Source: a virus
Lineage: Duplodnaviria; Caudoviricetes
IMG/VR virus record: IMGVR_UViG_3300025018_000079
Span: 1 to 34,791 of that record
Reading direction: 5' to 3' (one strand)
DNA length: 34,791 nt
Under the pieces are notes generated by a model. It was not told the DNA's origin. It searched no databases and worked only from the letters and a program-made list of their open reading frames with translations. The position numbers and the translations under genes were made by a program. Below, piece by piece: positions 27,353 through 34,791 of the stretch. Every line of letters begins with the position of its first letter. Position 1 is the first letter of the stretch.

Positions 27353-28174
27353 TTAACTTAAAGCCACGAAGCTGACTGCATCGCCAGCGTTCTCGGCATC
27401 GATAAATATGCTTGCTAAATTATTAATCTCGAGCTGATAGGTCGCACCCTGTAAAAGCGGAACGCCTATGCCGTTAGTAGCTGAGACTGCGCTATCTCCG
27501 ACCCATACTATCCCGGCGTTGTTAAACGAGGCGGATATAGTAATCTTCTTGGTCTTTGTCGTAGCTTCGCCCAGGACGACAGCTGTTCCCGGAACATCAA
27601 CCGCAACCTTTCCGGATTTAATGACGGTAGGAACGGCTGAGGTTGTGCTTCCGCCTCCGCCGCCAAATACTTGCAAACTTGCCTGTCCGACTGGTGCGCC
27701 TTTCTCATCGATATTGATCACATAAATCGGATTCTTCTTTGTGTTCTGCTTGATTGCGATACCACCCTCCCAGAGTCCGCGGAAAACTTCCGCAATCGAT
27801 TCAGCTGCTTTGGTAATCAGCTTGCTAAAAAATGGGGTATTATCTTTTTCTTGTTTCTGATTGATAATTTCTACTTTCTGAATTTCTTTCTGTTCCGGGA
27901 AATTGGTAACCTTGACCGCCTCAGGGAAGTTCGAGACCTTGACCGCCTCAGGGAAGTTCGAGACCTTGACCGCCTCAGGGAAGTTCGAGACCTTGACCTT
28001 GTCCGGAGCCGGCTCAAAGTTGGACATGTGAACCTCAGACGGAACCTGCATGATGTAATGCGGTTCCGGGCGTTTCTTCATTACCTCAATCAAGTCGTCC
28101 ATTTTTTTGGTCAACAGGTCGACTTGCTTATCCCTGATCAGTTCTTTAAGTTGTGCGATTTGCTCCTTATTCAT
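27353..28174 (-). CDS. Hypothetical virion-associated protein with VKVSNFPEA repeats
   Basis: 273 aa after the portal; beta-rich C-terminal domain (NAGIVWVG). Confidence 0.75.
   Translation of the reverse strand: MNKEQIAQLKELIRDKQVDLLTKKMDDLIEVMKKRPEPHYIMQVPSEVHMSNFEPAPDKVKVSNFPEAVKVSNFPEAVKVSNFPEAVKVTNFPEQKEIQKVEIINQKQEKDNTPFFSKLITKAAESIAEVFRGLWEGGIAIKQNTKKNPIYVINIDEKGAPVGQASLQVFGGGGGSTTSAVPTVIKSGKVAVDVPGTAVVLGEATTKTKKITISASFNNAGIVWVGDSAVSATNGIGVPLLQGATYQLEINNLASIFIDAENAGDAVSFVALS
27909..27998. repeat. 27-bp tandem repeat, 3.3 perfect copies
   Basis: Unit ACCTTGACCGCCTCAGGGAAGTTCGAG. Confidence 0.95.
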
Positions 28175-28179
28175 AAAAA

Positions 28180-29616
28180 CTATGCTCTTAAAATTTCATC
28201 GGCCAAGGCGTGCAGGTCTTTCATGTTAAAGCTCTTCTGCGCCGGCACCTGGCTGCGCTGATTCTTATCAGCAATCCGCTTTATTCTTTCAATCTCTTTA
28301 GTCGCCTGATCTTCGCTTAAGATTGCCGGCGTGCCATCCGGATTCGTATCGATACCAATATCATCAAGCGGCCGTACTCCCAAGCCATTCCAAATAAGCG
28401 GCTTATCAACGAATTCTCCGTAAGTCTTGGGGTCAAAGGTGCTAGCACCGCGCTTTTCTCTTGCTTCATTGATGGTTAAAATGCCATGCTCAACATCGGC
28501 CCGGCTTGAAGCCTCATCCCAGGCTTTGTCGTTGAAAGCCTTGGAATTGAATTCGAGCTTTATTCCTTTCACGCCTAAAACCGGCAAGACTTCGTTATTC
28601 ACGAATTCCGCCAGTAAATCTTGCAATGGGTCGATAGTTCCCTCCCAGAATTTCTGAGTCTGATTCTCGCCGTTTGAATAGTTAACGCCGTCAGTGTAGT
28701 TCAAGATGGCTTTGGGTACGCCAAAAGCCGCACAGACTTTTTCTGTGGTGAATTTGCGCATCAGATTGTACTCCATGTCCTTTTGCGCGATCTGCAATAC
28801 CTTAATTTCCTTAACGCCCTTGACCGCAATCGATTTGTTGCGGTTTTCAGGACCTTGCAGCTGGCGCTTGATGTCGTCAACGATCTTGTCCTGCTGCGCT
28901 TCGGTCAATCCCTCTTCCAAGATGTACTGCGCGCCCGGAGTAGCATCGTTAGTGAAGAATGCGTAGTTTGAAATCATGGCCGATAGGTCGGTTCTCGTCT
29001 CCCAGATTATCGGCTCAAGAGGCGATAGCCCGAACACTGGGTTATTCGGGTCATCGTGTTGTTTAAAAACAAGGACATCGCCAGGCTCGTAAACCTGGGT
29101 AATTCCTTTGACGCGCTGAATCCATTTTAAAATAGTTCCGTAGTCATCGGTCACAACCGAGAGAGTTCTCGAATCAATGACATCAAAGCCGAGGATTTTG
29201 CTGCGATCACCGGCGGAACGCAAAATCAGCAGGAAAGCTGTCCCGCTGATTTGCTGAAATTGAATAATCTTATTTTTTAAAGCTCTGAATGAGCGGCCGT
29301 AGTTTAAGGCTGTCTCTGCCACTTTCACCTGGGCCGCTTCCGGGTCCTTGTTTGGATCAGCAGCATTAACCCATAGATAGCCTTGGGAGCCGACATTTTC
29401 CTTTAATTCCCGGATACACGCAAAAACATCACCATGATTACGGAATACGGTGAAAAGCGAGTCGGGGCTGAGTTTTATTCCCATCAGACTGACTCCGTTA
29501 AGAGGTTGCCTGATTTCGCCGTAGAGGCCTTGGGAGAAACTGCCGCCATTAAAGATTTCGAATGTCTTAGCTGCGAGCCATTTCCGCAAACTAAAACGCG
29601 TTGAGATTTTTGTCAT
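28180..29616 (-). CDS. Portal protein (HK97 family)
   Basis: GLSPL, FGVP..L, NYSN.E, LTINEAR. Confidence 0.93.
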   Translation of the reverse strand: MTKISTRFSLRKWLAAKTFEIFNGGSFSQGLYGEIRQPLNGVSLMGIKLSPDSLFTVFRNHGDVFACIRELKENVGSQGYLWVNAADPNKDPEAAQVKVAETALNYGRSFRALKNKIIQFQQISGTAFLLILRSAGDRSKILGFDVIDSRTLSVVTDDYGTILKWIQRVKGITQVYEPGDVLVFKQHDDPNNPVFGLSPLEPIIWETRTDLSAMISNYAFFTNDATPGAQYILEEGLTEAQQDKIVDDIKRQLQGPENRNKSIAVKGVKEIKVLQIAQKDMEYNLMRKFTTEKVCAAFGVPKAILNYTDGVNYSNGENQTQKFWEGTIDPLQDLLAEFVNNEVLPVLGVKGIKLEFNSKAFNDKAWDEASSRADVEHGILTINEAREKRGASTFDPKTYGEFVDKPLIWNGLGVRPLDDIGIDTNPDGTPAILSEDQATKEIERIKRIADKNQRSQVPAQKSFNMKDLHALADEILRA

Positions 29617-31184
29617 TAGTTTAGCCTTTGGACATCAAACGAAGTCCTAGGCATTCTGACAACTCTCAACGCTATCGCGAATGCTAAAATTGTATCATCA
29701 TGCTTACCTTGTTTCGCCTCTCTCTTGCCGGTGTCGTCGGTGACGAAGCTAAGCATTTCTGATTTAAGTATAGCACTATAAATTTTCACTGACAAGTCCG
29801 CAACCACACCCTCGAATGTGTCAAGCAATAGATCCCTGTTTCCGCCCGGTCCGCCGGTAGTGAGCCAGCCCATTTTCTTAGTCCTCTTACTCGTCTTTTC
29901 GTCAATAGTAACCATGCAAAAGACATTTCCGTATATATCTTTAAGCCGGTCTAAAACAGTATGGCCATGATTGTTTCTTTCAATTACCGCGAGAGCATTG
30001 TTGTAGTACTTTGCCAAGTTTTCCACAACGACCGCCATCTGCGCCGGCTTCAATCTGTCGCTCACCAATTCAGCTACTTGCTCCTGGGTCAAAGAATCGA
30101 TTATCTCAATCGCACTGCGGTCTCCTCCCACGCCCTCAGATGGATCTCCTCCCAAGACGTAGTGTCGGCCCGGCCTAGGCTCAACGTAAATGTCGGCGTA
30201 GAATGTTTCGGTCTTGCCCTCGGCTGTCTCAACCTTAATCGGCCGGCGAGATATGGGAGCGCGCGGCGTAATCTTCTGCATCGATTCCGGGTCAAAGACC
30301 ATTCCGGCGGCAGTTAAGAAGCTGTCCTCGCTCACAGTTGGGTTTTCCTGGTCCATTAAGCGCTTCTGCTTCTTCTTGGTCACATCCCACCAACAAAGCT
30401 GCTCTGGGCTTAATTTAACGCCGTAGCGCGACAATACGAGGCTGGCTTTATGCTGCGCCTCTTCGCTCGGCCGGTAATCCTTGGGAGGGGTGATGCAGTT
30501 TAACGCTTTTTTCCACCAGCCAAAAAAGAACGGCCTATATGCCCCCTCTCCGGCTTCGCATTCATGGAACGTCTCCTCAAACCAATCGCCTACGCCGTTA
30601 GCTGTAGACTCGATTGAGACGTTGCAGCGGCCGTTTGACGGAACAGCGGCAATGGTCGGGATAAGGCGCTGCTCTACGTCCTTGATATGAGCTGCTTCAG
30701 AGACGTGCAGGTTCGTGGGAGTATCGCCTCTGTTTTCCAGGGCGATGTAAATCGTTGAATTGATCTCGGTAAAGGTCAGCTCATTGACGTTGTCATAGTT
30801 AGCCTCCGGGCGGTGCCAGATTTTCCCGGACTCGAGCTTTACCGATTTCGGGCAATTGCTGTAGGCCAGCTTAGCTATTTTAAAAAGTTTCCTGAGATCC
30901 TTTTCCTTGTGCGCCAGGATGACGGACGTAGTATTGGGAGTCCAGAGCGTATCGTCTAAATAATAAATCAACCACCAAGTTGAGACGCCCTCTTTGCGCG
31001 CCTTGTCTACGATGATTTCAATTCCCCGGTGTCCTTTGCTCTCGCAATAATCCCATAGCTCTTCCTGAACCTCGTTGAATTTTAGATTTGTCAGCCTGGC
31101 ATCTTCGGTCTTTATTTTGTAGAGATGCTCCATTCGCCACCTCTTATTTAGGATCGTGTCCAGGTCTCTTTGAGTGACCTGCAT
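29616..31184 (-). CDS. terL: Terminase large subunit
   Basis: KARKEGVST, LHVSEAA, ESTANG, GGDPSEG, IERNNHG, HDD. Confidence 0.93.
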   Translation of the reverse strand: MQVTQRDLDTILNKRWRMEHLYKIKTEDARLTNLKFNEVQEELWDYCESKGHRGIEIIVDKARKEGVSTWWLIYYLDDTLWTPNTTSVILAHKEKDLRKLFKIAKLAYSNCPKSVKLESGKIWHRPEANYDNVNELTFTEINSTIYIALENRGDTPTNLHVSEAAHIKDVEQRLIPTIAAVPSNGRCNVSIESTANGVGDWFEETFHECEAGEGAYRPFFFGWWKKALNCITPPKDYRPSEEAQHKASLVLSRYGVKLSPEQLCWWDVTKKKQKRLMDQENPTVSEDSFLTAAGMVFDPESMQKITPRAPISRRPIKVETAEGKTETFYADIYVEPRPGRHYVLGGDPSEGVGGDRSAIEIIDSLTQEQVAELVSDRLKPAQMAVVVENLAKYYNNALAVIERNNHGHTVLDRLKDIYGNVFCMVTIDEKTSKRTKKMGWLTTGGPGGNRDLLLDTFEGVVADLSVKIYSAILKSEMLSFVTDDTGKREAKQGKHDDTILAFAIALRVVRMPRTSFDVQRLN

Positions 31185-31187
31185 TTT

Positions 31188-31433
31188 CTATTTTCTTTCT
31201 ATTTTATAATTCCTTTGAAGATACATTAGGTCATCAATTACGCTCTCAGGAATTTCCTGCTTAGTCTGCAGACTTAAGCTGATAACAGTTGCCAATGTGC
31301 CGAAGTAGTCTTGCTGCTCAATATGGAATTCAAGCATACTACGATCAACTATTCTTCTCCTGATAGGCGGATTTGGTCCGGCTGTCGCGCTTTTTCTCCA
31401 GACTGGAGGCTCACCTGATTTTTTTCCAAACAT
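31188..31433 (-). CDS. Hypothetical protein
   Basis: Likely ATG at 31433 (MFGKK...). Confidence 0.6.
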   Translation of the reverse strand: MFGKKSGEPPVWRKSATAGPNPPIRRRIVDRSMLEFHIEQQDYFGTLATVISLSLQTKQEIPESVIDDLMYLQRNYKIERK

Positions 31434-31437
31434 AAAA

Positions 31438-32013
31438 TTATTTTTTAGATTTCTTAGTTTTAACCGGTACCGCTTTTTTCTTCTGATCAAGCACCTGGAC
31501 GTCACCGCGGTCCAGGGCTTCCAGGTCGTCTATGGTCAAAGGTGATTCAACTGGCGCATCAATTTTCATGTCGGCAAATTCAGCCTTGCGCTTGCGAATT
31601 AAGTACTGCCAGGAATCGCCAACGCTCTTCTTGTGCAGAGCTTCGATAATGTTGCCGCGAGCCTTTAAAATCGGTACTTCTTTCCAGGCTTCTTTCTGCT
31701 CTAAAAACTCCGGATGCTTCTCGCAGTAGTTATAGAGCGTTTGCAGTGATATTTCCGCATAAATACAAGCCTCTCGGTCAGGGCAGCCTATCCGGAAAGC
31801 ATCCTCAAGATTCTTTAGCACCTGTTTTGTCATTACCGTAGGGCGACCCATGCCGGCTGTAGTCTTAAAATTATCCCTCGGAATAAACTTTTCTTGATTA
31901 GGATCATCCTCGTCAAACGGCTCTTGCGGATTCCATTCAGACAAGGCTTTTAAGGTAGCTTTGCGCTTCTCTCTATCCTTGGCCACCTGGTCAGCTTTTT
32001 TTGTTCTTGGCAT
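31438..32013 (-). CDS. terS: Terminase small subunit
   Basis: GRPTVMT, HTH (ACIYAEISLQTLYNY..HPEF), upstream of terL. Confidence 0.8.
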   Translation of the reverse strand: MPRTKKADQVAKDREKRKATLKALSEWNPQEPFDEDDPNQEKFIPRDNFKTTAGMGRPTVMTKQVLKNLEDAFRIGCPDREACIYAEISLQTLYNYCEKHPEFLEQKEAWKEVPILKARGNIIEALHKKSVGDSWQYLIRKRKAEFADMKIDAPVESPLTIDDLEALDRGDVQVLDQKKKAVPVKTKKSKK

Positions 32014-32017
32014 ATGA

Positions 32018-32173
32018 TTAAAGAGAAATTATCCATTTCAGGAACCGCTTCCATAACCAACGCGGAATCCACCACGGCTTCTTCTCTAGCATGTGGTTAT
32101 AGAATGTCCTAACGGTATCAGTCAGCTGCCTTTTAGCAACCTGCCTGATTTTCTTAATTTGTTTTGAATTCAT
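32018..32173 (-). CDS. Small basic Trp-rich protein (51 aa)
   Basis: MNSKQIKKIRQ...KPWWIPRWLWKRFLKWIISL. Confidence 0.6.
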   Translation of the reverse strand: MNSKQIKKIRQVAKRQLTDTVRTFYNHMLEKKPWWIPRWLWKRFLKWIISL

Positions 32174-32183
32174 ATTTTTTCTA

Positions 32184-32293
32184 TTCCCCTATCCGGATGC
32201 CTGATTGCTATTCCGCGGTCAGCAATCAGTGGCTTTAAACCTAACCAGACGAAAGGTCGCCCGCCGCGATACCATAGCACCCGGACAGGGGAA
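32184..32293 (-). ncRNA. Candidate structured intergenic RNA element
   Basis: 17-bp closing stem whose two mismatches are G-U pairs on the minus strand; inner 9-bp CTGATTGCT/AGCAATCAG stem. Confidence 0.5.
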
Positions 32294-32297
32294 CGAA

Positions 32298-33665
32298 TTA
32301 ATTTTTTAACTTAATAGCTTTTTTCCCTGTCAATTTTTCCCACCGGTCAATGATCACATCAACGAACTTCGGATCTAATTCGCAGCCATAGCAAATCCTT
32401 TTCAGTTTCTCGGCCGCAATTAAAGTTGAGCCACTACCAAGAAATAAATCTAAAACTATACGGCCCTCGGTAGAGCTGTTCTTTATTGCCTCGGCGCAAA
32501 GCTCAATTGGTTTCATTGTCGGATGTTCATCGCTCTTCACCGGCTTGTTATAACGCCAGATATCAGTCTTTTGCTTGCCGCGCTTAATCTGCCCCTCAAC
32601 CTTTCCCTTTAGTCGCAATTCAAAGCCCTGAAACTTTATGATCGTATTCTCGCCGTTATATTCTGATTTTACTTTCATGATATCTTCCCAGACATTGCCA
32701 TTATCGCGCAGCTCAATAAAATAATGGTTCTTTATTTTTTCCGGCCAGCCGTAAAGTATCGGCTCATAGGTATGCTGATAATCGGAGCGGCTGAGCGTAA
32801 ATGTGTTTTTAACCCAGATTATAAAGCTCTGCCAGTGGCCCCCGGATTCTTCAAAGGCGACCTTGAGAGTATCCAGCTCGCTTGAGCTCATACAGATATA
32901 AATACCACCGGTACAAAAATCAATCATATTGCGGCAAGCAGCCAAAAGGAAAGCATAAAACTGCGAGGCGCTCATCTTATCGTTTAAGATTCCCTCTCGT
33001 TCATTTTTAGCATGCGTTCCCATTCCTCCGGTGTAGTCAACGTTATAAGGCGGATCAGTAAAAATCATGTCCGCTTTCTGTCCGTCCATCAACCGCTCTA
33101 TAGTCGCACGGTCCGTAGAATCGCCACAGATAAGCCTATGGCGGCCGAGCTGATAAACATCGCCCATCTTAGCTACCGGATCACCTTTCGGCTCCGGCGC
33201 CTCCTCATTGAGATCTATCTCCTGACAGGCAATATCCTCTAATCTCGGTAAGGCTACAAAGCTGCTTAAATCAAGCGCATTTAATCGGTTATTGGATATA
33301 AAATACTCCAGGCGTTCCTTAGTGACCTCGCCATACTGGGCCGCGCAAGTAAGCAATATCTCTTTCGCTTTAGTTTCGCTATCAACATCAATTTCAACGT
33401 AAGGAATTTTCGGCAGCGTATACCCATCAAAGGCTAAAGATTCAAGCGCGATTTTTCTTTGATGGCCGTCCAAAATCTTCATGTGCCAGGTAATTATCGG
33501 CTTAGTAAATCCGTTCCTAACAATGCTGTTTTTTAGCTTGCCAAGATTCTTTTGACTGATCTCTTTCAGCTCATCATTAAAGGCAATAAAATCACTAATC
33601 AGCGCAGACTGGCAGTCTAACACTTTATTGATTATCGGCTTAAATTTTTCCTTGTTATCTGACAT
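32298..33665 (-). CDS. ParB-N domain fused to an N6/N4 DNA methyltransferase
   Basis: ILDGHQR, TDPPYN, HPTMKP, LDLFLGSGST. Confidence 0.92.
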   Translation of the reverse strand: MSDNKEKFKPIINKVLDCQSALISDFIAFNDELKEISQKNLGKLKNSIVRNGFTKPIITWHMKILDGHQRKIALESLAFDGYTLPKIPYVEIDVDSETKAKEILLTCAAQYGEVTKERLEYFISNNRLNALDLSSFVALPRLEDIACQEIDLNEEAPEPKGDPVAKMGDVYQLGRHRLICGDSTDRATIERLMDGQKADMIFTDPPYNVDYTGGMGTHAKNEREGILNDKMSASQFYAFLLAACRNMIDFCTGGIYICMSSSELDTLKVAFEESGGHWQSFIIWVKNTFTLSRSDYQHTYEPILYGWPEKIKNHYFIELRDNGNVWEDIMKVKSEYNGENTIIKFQGFELRLKGKVEGQIKRGKQKTDIWRYNKPVKSDEHPTMKPIELCAEAIKNSSTEGRIVLDLFLGSGSTLIAAEKLKRICYGCELDPKFVDVIIDRWEKLTGKKAIKLKN

Positions 33666-34080
33666 AGGCATCTATCACATCTTTCGCTTGATCAAAGCCA
33701 TGGCAAACTACGGCCACGACTCCGAACACTTTATTTAAAGCATTTATCCATTCGGCCTGCTCCGGGCTGACCTTTCCCCCTTTCACCTTTTTCATCTCAA
33801 TAAATAGCAGGATGTTATTGCGCTGGCCGGCAACCTCTGTCGGCTTCCTCTCGATCAGCACAATGTAGTCAGGAACGCCCTTATTTATTCCAATAGCTTT
33901 TGTCCGGCGAATGGTTTTCCAGTTAGGAGTCCGAACTCCGTCTCGGTAAGTCACCATCGGCGTTTCCTGGGCTATGTGGCTGAATTTAAGGCCCTTTAAG
34001 CGAAGATACTGGGTTAATGCCATGCATTCGTTATCCTCGCTTGGAATCGCCTGTTTTTGGTCTATTTTACATATTGCCAT
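33655..34080 (-). CDS. VRR-NUC nuclease
   Basis: GVPD, FIEMK..GGKVSPEQ..W. Confidence 0.88.
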   Translation of the reverse strand: MAICKIDQKQAIPSEDNECMALTQYLRLKGLKFSHIAQETPMVTYRDGVRTPNWKTIRRTKAIGINKGVPDYIVLIERKPTEVAGQRNNILLFIEMKKVKGGKVSPEQAEWINALNKVFGVVAVVCHGFDQAKDVIDAYVR

Positions 34081-34109
34081 ATCTGCAATGAAGATAAGTT
34101 AAACTTTTT

Positions 34110-34523
34110 TTAAAATGGGATATTTTCAACTCTGATTTCCTCTTCTTCTCCCTGTTCAGTTTCTTGCGGTTTTTTAGGCGCGGCCGCCGGTGAGTCTGAT
34201 TGTCTTGAGTCTAGAAATTCAAACTCCCTGACAATTATCTCTGTGACGTAGCGCTTAACGCCATCCTTGCCATCGTAAGAGCGATTTTCAATCTCCCCCT
34301 CGATATACAGCTTACTGCCTTTATGCGCGTACTGAGCGATAATCTCGGCCGCCTTTCCCCAAATAACAAGATTGTGGAATGTGGTGTATTTATTTTTATT
34401 GCCGGCCTGATCAGTTACTACCTTATTGGTCGCCAGAGTAGCTGAGCCAACTATCTTTCCTCCCGGTGTGTTTCTTAGTTCGACATCCTTAGTCAGGTTG
34501 CCAATTAATTGTGCTTTGTTCAT
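34110..34523 (-). CDS. ssb: Single-stranded DNA-binding protein
   Basis: MNKAQLIGNL, KGSKLYIEG, acidic tail ending IPF. Confidence 0.95.
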   Translation of the reverse strand: MNKAQLIGNLTKDVELRNTPGGKIVGSATLATNKVVTDQAGNKNKYTTFHNLVIWGKAAEIIAQYAHKGSKLYIEGEIENRSYDGKDGVKRYVTEIIVREFEFLDSRQSDSPAAAPKKPQETEQGEEEEIRVENIPF

Positions 34524-34528
34524 ATGGT

Positions 34529-34600
34529 TTAAATTAAAGTTAATAAATAAATTAGTGGCATCGCCAAAATCCAAAGCATTAAGACGAGCCAATATATCAT
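34529..34600 (-). CDS. 23-aa hydrophobic peptide
   Basis: MIYWLVLMLWILAMPLIYLLTLI; TGATG overlap with the exonuclease stop. Confidence 0.4.
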   Translation of the reverse strand: MIYWLVLMLWILAMPLIYLLTLI

Positions 34601-34791
34601 CAAGAATTTAAAGAACATAAATAGTGATCTAATGTGTTTTTCAAATCCTCTCCCAAGTCATCTTGATTGCGCAGCCAGTTAAGATATTGCCTCCCATCAA
34701 CCGTCTTAGCTAAATCAGCAATATCCTGCCCGCGATATTTTCCGAACGTCAATTTTTTCATCAATACTTTTTTATTGCTAAGCTCAACCAT
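34600..34791 (-). CDS. C-terminal part of the ExoX-like exonuclease
   Basis: TFGKYRG...YLNWL motif typical of the ExoX C-terminal domain; same frame as 1-613 once circularised. Confidence 0.88.
   Translation of the reverse strand: MVELSNKKVLMKKLTFGKYRGQDIADLAKTVDGRQYLNWLRNQDDLGEDLKNTLDHYLCSLNS
34698..34791. repeat. Terminal direct repeat, right copy (circular assembly overlap)
   Basis: Identical to 1-94. Confidence 0.97.

Noticed and set aside
27909-27998. Possible CRISPR array
   Set aside because: Units abut with no spacers, are in-frame coding, and no cas genes are present
32184-32293. tRNA gene
   Set aside because: No T-loop GTTCRA, wrong arm sizes, and the closing stem is too long
365-34611. 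Numerous plus-strand ORFs (other than 7725-7988 and 7995-8624)
   Set aside because: Antisense shadows of well-supported minus-strand genes

Overview
This window is a complete circular genome of a temperate siphovirus-type phage. Bases 1-94 are identical to 34698-34791, giving a 34,697 bp circle, and one exonuclease gene reads across the join. Nearly all genes are on the minus strand. In transcription order they are SSB, VRR-NUC nuclease, ParB-N/DNA methyltransferase, terminases, HK97 portal, an accessory insert, Mu gpF-like protein, prohead protease, major capsid, neck, tail tube, frameshifted tail chaperones, tape measure, tail tip/fibre, HNH, papain-like peptidase, integrase, small HTH regulator, candidate attP, and early/replication genes. 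Several signals point to a Patescibacteria (CPR, Parcubacteria-like) host; this is inference from remembered protein motifs and Shine-Dalgarno-less starts. Three observations stand out. (1) A second intact tyrosine recombinase sits directly behind a secreted adhesin-like gene in which an AT-rich, in-frame 294-bp module is bounded by two near-identical VGIGTTAP-coding DNA repeats, suggesting recombinase-driven in-frame cassette exchange. (2) The candidate attP carries a SecA/SEC-C C-terminal remnant between a consensus promoter plus antiterminator and a strong terminator, so integration or excision could itself switch early transcription. (3) A G9 tract splits a gene from its C-terminal HTH. 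All mechanisms are hypotheses from sequence alone.
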